Origin: an uncultured Atribacterota bacterium
GTDB taxonomy: Bacteria > Atribacterota > Atribacteria > Atribacterales > Atribacteraceae
Length of the DNA stretch: 38,792 nt
Assembly: GCA_964434845.1 (NCBI GenBank)
Contig: CAYSWT010000006.1
Coordinates: 1-38,792, forward strand
Direction of reading: 5' to 3'
Positions 28,805 through 38,563 of the stretch are shown here, one piece after another (position 1 is the stretch's first letter; each line of letters begins with the position of its first letter). The translations under genes were made by a program, and so were the position numbers. The notes beneath the pieces were generated by a model. That model saw only the letters and a list, made by a program, of their open reading frames with translations. It was not told where the DNA came from and ran no database searches.

Positions 28805-29335
28805 CTACTTGGCCACCACTGGTTGTGTGACTTTCATGATTTTCCCGCCATCAGTTGATTCAACGGCAGTACCAACCAAATTTTCTCCAGAAGTGGGAAC
28901 TTTTTTGCTTATTCCCGCTGGTTGCACTTTGGGGTCAAACCAAACTTCAGCAATTAAATTTTGAGTTTCGGGGAATGAAGAAACCGAAAGCGTCGCTGTG
29001 AAACAGGCATTGCTGATTTCAACGGTTTTCTCTTTTATGATTGCCTGTTCGGCATTGTCACCTCCATTGGTAACCAATACCTTCAATTTGCCCCCAGCAG
29101 GCAGATCGGTTTCACCCATCACCATAACCTTGCCGTTTTCTATAAAGGCTTTGGTGATCAGTAATTTCTGATATATTTCCAGGTCTTTTGAGGAGTCACT
29201 CTTTTTTTTGGCCGAATCTTGATCCTGACAACAGGGTGGAAGCTTGGTCTGCTTTTCCAAACCGAACAGACTGGTGGTTGCAACCAGAACAACGAGCATG
29301 AATACCAAAATGAATAGAAATGGTAATTTTTTCAT
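28805..29335 (-). CDS. Secreted or membrane-anchored hypothetical protein with Cys-Cys motif
   Basis: N-terminal hydrophobic segment. PPCCQDQD shortly after it. No recognised domain. Part of the copper locus. Confidence 0.45.
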   Translation of the reverse strand: MKKLPFLFILVFMLVVLVATTSLFGLEKQTKLPPCCQDQDSAKKKSDSSKDLEIYQKLLITKAFIENGKVMVMGETDLPAGGKLKVLVTNGGDNAEQAIIKEKTVEISNACFTATLSVSSFPETQNLIAEVWFDPKVQPAGISKKVPTSGENLVGTAVESTDGGKIMKVTQPVVAK

Positions 29336-29375
29336 AATGTGTTTCCTTCCCCCGGCGATTTTAATTAAGCCGGAT

Positions 29376-30767
29376 TTAATTTACGACTTCGATCGAGCCG
29401 GTAATCATTCCCATCCAGCAGCTAAATTTAAATTTACCGGCTACCTGTGGGGTAAACTCCATTACACTGGTTTTTCCATGAGAAAGTCCGATTTGTTTTG
29501 GAAAAAAATCTTTAGCAATAATGGCATTGGTGCAGCCACTGGTTCCGACATCTGTGACTTCCCAACGGACCGGAATCCCCTTTTTGACTGTAAATGAATT
29601 GGGTATATATCCACGCGCCGATGCTTCCATTTTTATTAATTGCGTTCCTTCGATCATAGGTTCAACGGTCATGGCCAGATTCGCGTTCGATTTTCCCGAT
29701 ACAGCTGTGGGATTCAAAACAAGATCGTCCAAACTTGGCAGACCCATAACATTCAATTGTGAATTGACGTTAAATAAGACAAAAAATATTACCACCATAC
29801 CGGCTATTTTTAAAAAAGTGTTTGCGTAACGAGGCTTTTCCAAAAATCGGAGACTGGAAATGCCAATGCTCAACAGTGGGGGAAGAGTACCCAGAGCAAA
29901 ACAGAAGAGAAGCAGTGAACCCTGAAGAAAACTCCCGGAAAGGAGAGCCAAACCCTGGACGGTTATGGTAAAACCACAGGGAAGAAAAAAGGTCAGTGCT
30001 CCCATCACCAGCGGCATATAACGACCCCGGAAGCGACTTTCATCCACCAGATAACGTGTCATAAAACGGGGTAAGGTAACCCGGAAACCTTGTAAACGCT
30101 TTACTCCTAACATTTGAAGACCCAACATCGCCATGAGGACTGAAACCATGATGACCAAAATCGAGGAAAAACGCAATGAAAGTGAAAACTGCCTTCCTAT
30201 CAATCCCAGTACACCTCCGCCCCCGGCAAAGGCAAGTAATCGTCCAACATTAAAAAGAAAGTGGGGTTCCATTTTTTTGAGAGGAGTATCCCGGTGAGAG
30301 TACAAATCATTCCATTGTTTGGCGAGGGAAAGGACCAATCCCCCAACCAGCGCCGCGCAGCTGGATACGCCGGCTATGAGACCAAATAGAAAAAAAGTGA
30401 TCAGTGAGGATGTGGAATCAACCGAGACAAATTGAGTAAAGCCGGTTCTTTCGAGGAGGAGGAAAGCAACAATCACCATGATGGCAAAACCCAAAGTCAG
30501 TAACCGGTTTTTTTTCTCGTTCTCGAAAGACCGCTCGGAAAAACGATACCCATCATCCTGAAAGAGATTGTTTAGCTGTTCAAGGTCGGGGTAAGTGTCT
30601 TCACTTTTGAGCACAACCTTCCCATCCTTTACTGAAGCATCGGCATAAACGATTCCTTGGCATTGTAGTAATTTTTTCTCGATAAAAATTTCACAGGCCG
30701 GACAATGCATCCCCTGGACATAATACGCCTTTGACTTCGCTGAAAACGTGGGTTTTTTCACTGACAA
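29376..30767 (-). CDS. Fusion protein: N-terminal HMA metal-binding domain, polytopic Cys-containing membrane domain (DsbD_2/CcdA-like), C-terminal cupredoxin-like domain
   Basis: GMHCPAC HMA motif. About 6 TM helices with SSCAAL and LPCGF cysteines. C-terminal …PVRWEVTDVGTSGCTNAI…GKFKFSCWMGMITGSIEV resembles cupredoxin_1-type domains. Confidence 0.6.
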   Translation of the reverse strand: MSVKKPTFSAKSKAYYVQGMHCPACEIFIEKKLLQCQGIVYADASVKDGKVVLKSEDTYPDLEQLNNLFQDDGYRFSERSFENEKKNRLLTLGFAIMVIVAFLLLERTGFTQFVSVDSTSSLITFFLFGLIAGVSSCAALVGGLVLSLAKQWNDLYSHRDTPLKKMEPHFLFNVGRLLAFAGGGGVLGLIGRQFSLSLRFSSILVIMVSVLMAMLGLQMLGVKRLQGFRVTLPRFMTRYLVDESRFRGRYMPLVMGALTFFLPCGFTITVQGLALLSGSFLQGSLLLFCFALGTLPPLLSIGISSLRFLEKPRYANTFLKIAGMVVIFFVLFNVNSQLNVMGLPSLDDLVLNPTAVSGKSNANLAMTVEPMIEGTQLIKMEASARGYIPNSFTVKKGIPVRWEVTDVGTSGCTNAIIAKDFFPKQIGLSHGKTSVMEFTPQVAGKFKFSCWMGMITGSIEVVN

Positions 30768-30776
30768 ACCACCCCA

Positions 30777-31262
30777 TTATTGATCGGCTTTAAAAAAGAG
30801 CATGAGGTTTTCCAGATCGTTTTGAAAAAGAATGATCTTCCCGTCTCTGACTTCAAGCTGTTCGCTGATGGGCACCGGATTACAATTCCCTTTTCCAGTC
30901 GCAATTTTATTTAGCGGATAAGAATTGCCACAAACATTACAAATGATCAGATCCTTTTCTTGATGAAAACCTTCTTGGGCTGGATAACACAGTTGGCAGG
31001 CATTGGCTGCAGCCCGGAAATTCCCTTTTTGATCCTTCACTATAAAAAAATAGATTGTCAATCCCGAGTATAAAGTGGCATGAAAAAAATGTATTGTATC
31101 ATCTACAAAGATCTCTGTGGAAAGTGTAATTTCACCATTCATAATCGATACATTTTGCCCCTTCTGTCCAAGGAACAATTCGTCCGATTCCGCTGATACA
31201 AATGGAATCATGATCAATAGCACTACTAAAGTCCATCCTATATACCTGGTTGGGAGCTGCAC
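30777..31262 (-). CDS. Membrane-anchored protein with CxxC-x16-CxxC motif (DUF2318-like)
   Basis: Signal/anchor segment. ACQLCYPA…CNVCGNSY. Family assignment is tentative. Confidence 0.4.
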   Translation of the reverse strand: MQLPTRYIGWTLVVLLIMIPFVSAESDELFLGQKGQNVSIMNGEITLSTEIFVDDTIHFFHATLYSGLTIYFFIVKDQKGNFRAAANACQLCYPAQEGFHQEKDLIICNVCGNSYPLNKIATGKGNCNPVPISEQLEVRDGKIILFQNDLENLMLFFKADQ

Positions 31263-31438
31263 CGAATATTCCTCCTCTAATCCTTTTTGAATTTTTGACT
31301 CTCTTGGGTATTATACGTGAAAATAATTGTATAGTATACTGATATAGTAAGTATTTATTAACCTTCAGTTTATCTCCACTATTTCTGTTTTCTTGACTTA
31401 TTCTTTATATACTATTAATATTAGTATCATAGTAATCT
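31263..31438. promoter_or_regulatory. AT-rich divergent promoter region of the copper locus with candidate operator palindromes
   Basis: 8-bp palindrome AGTATACT (~31331-31338). ATACTA-n7-TAGTAT (~31411-31429) just upstream of the copA RBS. Confidence 0.3.
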
Positions 31439-34400
31439 TTGAAGGGTGGGATTCCGATGAAGAAAAAAATTATACTTCAAATAGATGGTATGACCTGTCC
31501 CAGTTGTGAAAAGATCGTCACTCAAACCCTCCAGGAGCTTCCGGGAACAGCTGAAATCACCATCAGTAAAGATGAAAGTCGAGGAATTTTAAAGATCGAT
31601 CCGGCTCAAGTATCTCTATCAAAAATCATTACTGCTATCGAGGAAGTCGGATATCATGCCCATCTCATAAACGAAACCGACCTGACCGAAGATTACCAAG
31701 GAAACCAAGCCCCTTCTCTACCGATTTGCCCTTTTGTTTCCGCCAAAGATGGAAAAAAGACCATGAAAAGTGAAACTGAATCAAACCAAAATCAGCGGGT
31801 CACATTTTCTCTCTCAGGTATGCATTGCGCTTCCTGTGCGGCTCTCATCGAGCGGTCACTCACCAAAACCCCGGGGGTGGTGCGGGCAACAGTGAACTTT
31901 GCCGCTGAGAAAGCAACCGTATTTTTTGACGGAGCGTCGACCAGCCCGGCAGAGCTCATCGAAGCCGTCCAAAAAGCAGGTTATAATGCCCAGGTTATCA
32001 CCTCTGCTGATCGGGAAAAAGAAAATCGCCGCAAGCAGGCAGACATCGCTGCCCAATGGCGAACCTTCCTTATCAGCCTCTTTTTGAGTCTTCCCATGAT
32101 GTACTTTATGCTCTTGGACTTCTTCAAATGGCTCCCTGGCGCCTATAGTTTTCCTCCCTATTTCGGAATTCTGTCTTTCATTTTGGCTACCCCGGTTCAA
32201 TTCGTCATCGGGTTTCGCTTCTACCAGGGAATGTGGTCAAGCTTACGGATGAAAACATTTAACATGGATAGCCTCATCGCCATCGGTACCACTGTTGCCT
32301 ACGGTTATAGCCTCATTCACTATATCAGCCATATACTGGCCAACAGCAGCGTATTAGGGTTATTTGGCCGTAAGGTCCCCGAGCTGTACTTTGAAACCTC
32401 GGCTTTTCTGATCACTTTTGTCATATTAGGAAAATACTTGGAAGCCCATGCCAAAGGGCGAACCTCGGATGCCATTCAGAAATTGTTAAAACTCAAGGCT
32501 AAAACTGCCCGGGTACGACGAAACGGTGCGATTATTGATATTCCGGTTGAAAAAGTCGAAAAAGGAGATATGATCATCGTCCGTCCCGGAGAGAAAATTC
32601 CGGTCGATGGTGAGATCATTACTGGAAACTCATCGGTCGATGAATCGATGATCACCGGGGAAAGCATCCCGGTAGAAAAGGGACCGGGCGATACTGTCAT
32701 CGGAGCTACTATGAATATTGTAGGAAGTTTCGAGTTTATTGCCACCCGGGTGGGATCGGAAACTATGCTCGCCCAGATCGTTCAGCTCATCGAGGACGCT
32801 CAGAGTTCCAAAGCACCAATTCAAGCTTTCGCCGATCGGATCGCTGCCTGGTTTGTACCCTCAGTGCTGGCCATTGCTGGTGGAACTTTCATCGTCTGGT
32901 ATTTTATCCTTGGCTCGACCCTCACCTATTCATTAATGGCTATGACGTCAGTTATCGTCATCGCTTGTCCCTGCGCACTCGGGTTGGCAACTCCAACCGC
33001 GATTATGGTCGGTACCGGTAAGGGGGCTGAACACGGTATCCTGGTTAAAGGAGGAGAACCACTGGAAGCAGCCCGCACTATCAACACTGTCGTCTTCGAT
33101 AAAACTGGAACAGTGACCAACGGGAAACCGGTGGTGACCGATGTTGTCTCGTTTGGAAATCTCTCATCGGATATGATATTACAGATTGCCGGAAGTCTGG
33201 AAAAGTTATCCGAACACCCCCTCGCTCAATCTATCTATCAAAATGCTCAAGAAAAAAATCTATCTTTAAACGAGGTAGATCATTTCCATGCCCTCCCGGG
33301 ACGGGGAGTCGAAGGCAAAATCAATGGCCAGCATTATACGATTGGTAACCGAAAGCTTTTATCTGAACACCAACTTCCGGTTTCTGAATTCGTCGAACAA
33401 AACATCTCCAACTTAGAAGAACAGGGGAAAACAGTAATGATTCTTGCTGACCCCAATTCACTTCTCGGAGCAGTTGCCGTTGCCGACACTCCCAAGGAAA
33501 CATCCAAAAAAGCAATTGATCAATTAAAAAAGCTGGGTATGACCTTGTTTATGATAACCGGCGACAATCAGCGTACTGCCCGTGCTGTCGCCCGCGAAGT
33601 CGGTATTTCAGAGGTCCTGGCTGAAGTACTCCCCGAAGAGAAGTCGAAGGAAATAAAAAAACTCCAACAAAGCGGGAAAAAAGTTGCTATGGTTGGTGAC
33701 GGCATCAACGATGCACCGGCGATCGCTCAAGCCGATCTTGGAATCGCCATGGGATCGGGAACCGACGTGGCCATGGAAACTGGAGACATCATTCTGGTTA
33801 AAAACAACCTCGGTGACGTAGCAACCGCGTTGGAACTCTCTCGAGAAACCATGGGGAAAATAAAACAAAATCTCTTTTTTGCGCTTTTTTATAACTTGAT
33901 CGGTATTCCCATTGCCGCCCGAGCCTTTGCTACTTTCGGACTGCTGCTCAACCCCGAATTAGCCGGTCTGGCCATGGCTTTGAGCTCAATTTCGGTGGTT
34001 TCCAATTCTCTCCTGCTGCGCACTTTTCGTCCCCGTCGAAAAAACTATCTCTCCATGGCAGCTCCTCTCATCATGATCCTTTTGTTTACCTGGATGTTCG
34101 TCGGTTTTGCCCGCTTCAGTTCCATTATGGGGACGGTGATGACACAGCTTCCTCCAGAGATAAATCAGGCGTTTGAAAAATTCCTGAACAACGGACAGGC
34201 GATGGTGACTTTTTCATCTACCGGAATACCAAAACTATTCTTTACCTCCGATTCGTTGAAAAGCCCAATGCTATTGGTTCAAAAGGGCTTATTTCCACCC
34301 GAAAAAGATGAAATGCTTCTTGGAGCTTCCGAAGCTACCATGATGATTCAGGAAAAACTGTTTCAAAACCCGGGTGACTCTATTCCAAATTTTTTTGGCA

Positions 34401-34825
34401 TTCCCTTGATGAGAGTGGTTGGCATCTTGAAACCGACTGGGACTATTCTGGATATGTTTCACTTTATCACTCCGGAAACATCCAAGAGCATTTCCGGATC
34501 GTCTAAGTTGACCATCGGTTTCGCCAAAGGAACTCCAAAATTGTTCTATACCCTTGAAAAGAACACCATTCCCGCCTTGCTCCAACCTTTTATCTCAAAG
34601 GATGCGCTCCAATCGGTAATTCTAAATGGGAAAACCCATCTTCCACTCATACTTGGATACAATGAGGGTCAGATGATGATTTCTGAAAAGCTTTTAAAAA
34701 ACGCTGGAGATATCCTTCCTGACTTCTTTGGTCAAGACGTGGTTGTTGCCAAAATTCTTCCCAAAACCAACACTTTGTTCGATGAATTTCATTTTGTAAC
34801 CAAGGAGTTTGTGGTGAAAAAATAA
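31439..34825 (+). CDS. copA: Cu(I)-translocating P1B-type ATPase (CopA-like) with two N-terminal HMA domains, an extra C-terminal TM helix and a novel tandem-duplicated ~110-aa C-terminal domain
   Basis: GMTCPSCE and GMHCASCA motifs. CPC ([12 protein letters not shown]). [13 protein letters not shown]. After the canonical end (…[12 protein letters not shown]) an additional helix [21 protein letters not shown]. Then two homologous units (…GIPKLFFT…[20 protein letters not shown]…DMFHFITPE and …GTPKLFYT…[20 protein letters not shown]…DEFHFVTKE). Confidence 0.85.
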   Translation: MKGGIPMKKKIILQIDGMTCPSCEKIVTQTLQELPGTAEITISKDESRGILKIDPAQVSLSKIITAIEEVGYHAHLINETDLTEDYQGNQAPSLPICPFVSAKDGKKTMKSETESNQNQRVTFSLSGMHCASCAALIERSLTKTPGVVRATVNFAAEKATVFFDGASTSPAELIEAVQKAGYNAQVITSADREKENRRKQADIAAQWRTFLISLFLSLPMMYFMLLDFFKWLPGAYSFPPYFGILSFILATPVQFVIGFRFYQGMWSSLRMKTFNMDSLIAIGTTVAYGYSLIHYISHILANSSVLGLFGRKVPELYFETSAFLITFVILGKYLEAHAKGRTSDAIQKLLKLKAKTARVRRNGAIIDIPVEKVEKGDMIIVRPGEKIPVDGEIITGNSSVDESMITGESIPVEKGPGDTVIGATMNIVGSFEFIATRVGSETMLAQIVQLIEDAQSSKAPIQAFADRIAAWFVPSVLAIAGGTFIVWYFILGSTLTYSLMAMTSVIVIACPCALGLATPTAIMVGTGKGAEHGILVKGGEPLEAARTINTVVFDKTGTVTNGKPVVTDVVSFGNLSSDMILQIAGSLEKLSEHPLAQSIYQNAQEKNLSLNEVDHFHALPGRGVEGKINGQHYTIGNRKLLSEHQLPVSEFVEQNISNLEEQGKTVMILADPNSLLGAVAVADTPKETSKKAIDQLKKLGMTLFMITGDNQRTARAVAREVGISEVLAEVLPEEKSKEIKKLQQSGKKVAMVGDGINDAPAIAQADLGIAMGSGTDVAMETGDIILVKNNLGDVATALELSRETMGKIKQNLFFALFYNLIGIPIAARAFATFGLLLNPELAGLAMALSSISVVSNSLLLRTFRPRRKNYLSMAAPLIMILLFTWMFVGFARFSSIMGTVMTQLPPEINQAFEKFLNNGQAMVTFSSTGIPKLFFTSDSLKSPMLLVQKGLFPPEKDEMLLGASEATMMIQEKLFQNPGDSIPNFFGIPLMRVVGILKPTGTILDMFHFITPETSKSISGSSKLTIGFAKGTPKLFYTLEKNTIPALLQPFISKDALQSVILNGKTHLPLILGYNEGQMMISEKLLKNAGDILPDFFGQDVVVAKILPKTNTLFDEFHFVTKEFVVKK

Positions 34826-35114
34826 TGTGGTATTGTTTATTTCCCTGAGGGAGGAGAATTGCTATTGTGTAGAGATGTGATATATCGAACCGGTAAAGAT
34901 GAGCGACTCTGTAACTATTCATCCAAAGTACAGGCGTGAGTTTCTAAGACTTCTAATGATTTTTATCTTCCCAATTCTTGAGGAATGAAATCTTTACAAA
35001 TCCGTTCCACCTTTAAAGCGACATTCCGGTTATGGGTCACTCCGATCAATGCCATTGTTTTGAAGGAATTTATCGAAAAAGAAGGATAAATTGAAGCGGA
35101 ACAGCCAATTTTCA

Positions 35115-36245
35115 TCAATGTATTTTCTTCCGGAAAATTCTTCTTCGCTTATGTTGACGAGGCTCGAAGTGTTTCCATTCGTTCTGGATTTTCTTATTGG
35201 TTTCTAATTCCGGATTGGATTCACTATACGAAAATCCAAATTTCATGGCGGTTTTAGTGATTTCATACACCATGAGAATATCCACTCCTTTATTCCGGTA
35301 CTCTTTTTTTACCCCTGCCAGGTAGAAATCAAGAATGTGATAGGTTTTCAAAGCTTTCAATAGATACCAAAAACCAAAAGGAAAGAGTTTCCCTCGGGCT
35401 TTTTGCAAGGCTTGAGAAAAACTGGGCATGGTTATCATAAAACCTATCATTTCATTGTTTTCGTTGGCCACTGCTTTAATAAAATCGGTTTGAATATAGG
35501 GGAGATATTTTTTTATATAGTAGTTTTTTTGCTTTTCAGTGAGGGGAACTGTCCCATAAAGATCTGCATAGGATTCATCGATGAGGTTAATTAATTCCAT
35601 CCCTCTTTTAAGAACTTCTTTTTTGGTTTTGAATTCTATAAGGTGAAATCTATACCGTTTTTTAACCCATTCCGCCGATTTTTCTAGATTCTCAGGAATC
35701 CCCTTTTCATAGGGAACCAACGTTTGGAATTCTAAGGAATCGATAAATTTTTCATAACCGCACTTTTCAACTAAATCTGGGTAATAGGGATAATTATAGA
35801 TGGTGGCCATAGTTCCTAACTCGTTGAACCCCTCAATCAACATGCCAGCTGGATCCAGGTCGGTAAATCCCTGAGGACCAGTACAGGTCGTCATCCCTTG
35901 CTGTCTCCCCCACTCCTCAACCGCCGAAAAAAGCAATTGAGCACTTTTGAGATCATTTACGGTATCAAACCATCCGAATCGAATATTCTTTTCCTGATAC
36001 TTTTCATTGGCGATATGACTGATAATTCCCGCAATTCGTCCCACACACCTCCCTTGGTGGAAAACCAGAAACAACTTCGTTTCACAGTTTTCGTAGGCTG
36101 GGTTTTTGGCATGAGAAAAAATGGCGATTTCATCCCGAATCAGAGGAGGAATGTAATAAGGATGGTCCCGATAAAGACGGTGAGGATACGTCACAAATTC
36201 TTTCAGTTGATTCGTGGTTTTTACTTCTTTAATTTCCCAATTCAA
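35115..36245 (-). CDS. Two-domain GNAT-fold acyltransferase-like protein (FemAB/acyl-CoA N-acyltransferase-like)
   Basis: 376 aa. Weak resemblance to the duplicated GNAT fold. Low-confidence family call. Confidence 0.35.
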   Translation of the reverse strand: MNWEIKEVKTTNQLKEFVTYPHRLYRDHPYYIPPLIRDEIAIFSHAKNPAYENCETKLFLVFHQGRCVGRIAGIISHIANEKYQEKNIRFGWFDTVNDLKSAQLLFSAVEEWGRQQGMTTCTGPQGFTDLDPAGMLIEGFNELGTMATIYNYPYYPDLVEKCGYEKFIDSLEFQTLVPYEKGIPENLEKSAEWVKKRYRFHLIEFKTKKEVLKRGMELINLIDESYADLYGTVPLTEKQKNYYIKKYLPYIQTDFIKAVANENNEMIGFMITMPSFSQALQKARGKLFPFGFWYLLKALKTYHILDFYLAGVKKEYRNKGVDILMVYEITKTAMKFGFSYSESNPELETNKKIQNEWKHFEPRQHKRRRIFRKKIH

Positions 36246-36304
36246 TGAATTAGAGTCCTTTTATTTGATTATAGGTTTTTTCATGGGCATATTCCATGTT
36301 GCGT

Positions 36305-36844
36305 TTATTCAATAAACACCGCTGAATACCAATTTTGTGGTTCGTCTTCGTTTTTCAAGGTTTCGAGCGGGAGACCGAATTTTCTGACGGTTTTATAAAC
36401 ATCTATGCCTACACTATGGAACGCCGGACGGGCTTGTTTGGGATTGACACATTCCTTACCTTTGAACCCAGCACACTCCTTACAGAGAGCGCAATCACTT
36501 AATGAAAAAGCAAAATAATAGCCATCCAGGAATGCCTGCCGCTCAATAGCAAAGGAAATTTTTTGAGATTGTACTTTATCGGTGGAATGAATAATAATTC
36601 CCCAGGAATATTGTCTAAAAATTTTTTTATATTCCCAGGGTTTCAGTGACCCCGACCGTGAGGGACAGGTGTTCCCTTTCCCCCAATCGTTACATCCAAA
36701 CATGCATTTCAAAATGGTGCGTGGATCAAATTTGATATCTTTCACCTGGAAGAGGACAGCGTGATCAGCGCCCATATTCAATGCTAAATCGAGATAGGTT
36801 TTATTAAAATTATTTATCAAAGAATTTTCCATTGTGTATTTCAA
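36305..36844 (-). CDS. DUF2284-family predicted metal-binding protein
   Basis: CMFGCNDWGKGNTCP and CALCKECAG cysteine clusters characteristic of the family. 179 aa. Confidence 0.55.
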   Translation of the reverse strand: MKYTMENSLINNFNKTYLDLALNMGADHAVLFQVKDIKFDPRTILKCMFGCNDWGKGNTCPSRSGSLKPWEYKKIFRQYSWGIIIHSTDKVQSQKISFAIERQAFLDGYYFAFSLSDCALCKECAGFKGKECVNPKQARPAFHSVGIDVYKTVRKFGLPLETLKNEDEPQNWYSAVFIE

Positions 36845-36965
36845 ACACTCGGTATCAGTTTTAATAAATTAAATACTATAACAGATTAATGAATATTATC
36901 AATATCTTAAAACTGGAAACAAACCCTCAACCGTTCGTTTGAACACAAAATAAGGGGGTTGATAT

Positions 36966-37340
36966 TTGATAGGATTCACTTACAATGAAATAAAAAAAGA
37001 ATCATTGGATAATCACATGGTAAAAAATTTAACCCATCACCCGGTAGTTATTTATAAAAACGGATCGGTTTTTCTGATTATAGAGCCAGAAGGTCCTGTC
37101 CCCCGTTGCAAGGAGGAACGCGTTCAAATCGGAGAAATTGATGGAATACCATTCACGAACACCCGCTTCGGAATAGTCCAAGATCTTCCAGAAAAAAAAG
37201 AAGGAGTGTTTTTAATTGTCTCACCAATCGTTGCCAACGCACTTCCTAAAAGAGATGATCTGCTGGTGCCTGATGATCTGGTGAGAGACGACCAAGGGAA
37301 TATCATCGGTTGTCGGGCACTAGCTCGAGTAAGCTGGTAG
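36966..37340 (+). CDS. Hypothetical protein
   Basis: ORF of 124 aa (may start at the internal MVKNL). No recognised motif. Confidence 0.35.
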   Translation: MIGFTYNEIKKESLDNHMVKNLTHHPVVIYKNGSVFLIIEPEGPVPRCKEERVQIGEIDGIPFTNTRFGIVQDLPEKKEGVFLIVSPIVANALPKRDDLLVPDDLVRDDQGNIIGCRALARVSW

Positions 37341-37369
37341 GGATGTGAAAAGTTCTCTTGGTAAAAAAA

Positions 37370-38323
37370 TCAATCCAGTTGTTTTTTTAAATATCGTAAT
37401 GATTCACGCATCATCCTCTCGAGCAGATTGTCAGTATAATCTCTCCCCAACTTAGGTCCGGGAAGCTCCAAATAACCAATCACCGGAGAAACCGGGATGA
37501 TATCCTGATTGTCCAAAAGCAGTGTGTGGATTTTTTTCACATCGACAATACCTCGGTCAAGGTTTTCCGATTCAAATCCAAAAGTGTCATTATAGATCTT
37601 ATCAGTATTTTTAAAATGAAATTCATACATATAAGGGAAAGAAGCAGTGAAGTAGTGCATATTATTCTCAATGATCTCTTTCTTTTCATTCACCCATCCA
37701 TGGGAAACATCCGAACAATACCCGAATTGAGTTGTACTTTCTGGATGGGAATGGTGATGTTCTACCAATTCGTCGGCGATCATTTTTAATTCTGTTGTGT
37801 TGCAAGGAGGTTCGGCATAACACGACATCGGCTCCATGGTAAGCCAGGATAAACCATGCTCTTTCGCATAATACATCATCTCTTTCATGCCTTCAATATA
37901 GGCTTGTATCCCCTGACTCCGAAACTCGAGACGATCGCGTAAAACACCACCCATCGATGAACCGGCAGCCGGACATCTCAATATCTGAGCAATTTCTATC
38001 AAACGCCGGTAATTCTTAATCGTGATTTGGGAAAATTCAGGATCTTCAGTCATAAAACCACCAAGTTCTCGATGAGAAGTAAAAATACTGGATATTTGAA
38101 TACTCCTGGAATCTGCCGCTTCTTTCAAGCGTAAAAAATAGGAATCGGATAGAAAATAAAACTCGACAAAAGTTCCTAATTGGAGATAATGAATGCGTTC
38201 TTCCGCCATGAGGTCGAACAACCATTCAAATGAATACCGGTAATGAATGGGATCGCTTTTTACTCCTAACTCAACAATTAGATTTTTATTGGATCGTGAA
38301 CGGCTATTATTCATCGGTATCAT
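37370..38323 (-). CDS. Xylose isomerase-like TIM-barrel protein (sugar phosphate isomerase/epimerase family)
   Basis: 317 aa. Conserved His/Glu/Asp pattern (…WLTMEP…, …HHHSHPE…, …SDVSHGW…) consistent with the AP-endonuclease-2/xylose-isomerase-like fold. Confidence 0.55.
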   Translation of the reverse strand: MIPMNNSRSRSNKNLIVELGVKSDPIHYRYSFEWLFDLMAEERIHYLQLGTFVEFYFLSDSYFLRLKEAADSRSIQISSIFTSHRELGGFMTEDPEFSQITIKNYRRLIEIAQILRCPAAGSSMGGVLRDRLEFRSQGIQAYIEGMKEMMYYAKEHGLSWLTMEPMSCYAEPPCNTTELKMIADELVEHHHSHPESTTQFGYCSDVSHGWVNEKKEIIENNMHYFTASFPYMYEFHFKNTDKIYNDTFGFESENLDRGIVDVKKIHTLLLDNQDIIPVSPVIGYLELPGPKLGRDYTDNLLERMMRESLRYLKKQLD

Positions 38324-38563
38324 CCATTTCCTAATCTATAGTAAAAACACATCCGATAGCATAAACATCATTCAATTTTTAGTGATCAGATGTTTTTTGT
38401 CAACCTCGGTTCAAATGTTTTATTGAAAGAAAAATTCCCAACCAGAGCATTCCATGTGAATTATTTCTTGTAACAAAAGCATAAAAATTCATATTGGATG
38501 GAAAAAGAATGTGGAAGGTTGCTAAATAGTAAACTTTTTACATTTTACTTTTCACTGTATTTT

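Noticed and set aside
34647-34922. 91-aa minus-strand ORF overlapping the 3' end of copA and the downstream spacer
   Set aside because: It overlaps a strongly supported CDS in antisense. It has no RBS and a Trp/Gln-rich odd composition. Likely spurious.
34826-35114. Possible small genes in the 290-bp gap after copA (e.g. the 34-aa MKSLQIRSTFKATFRLWVTPINAIVLKEFIEKEG)
   Set aside because: No convincing RBS and no recognisable motif. Could be real but unsupported, so it is left unannotated.
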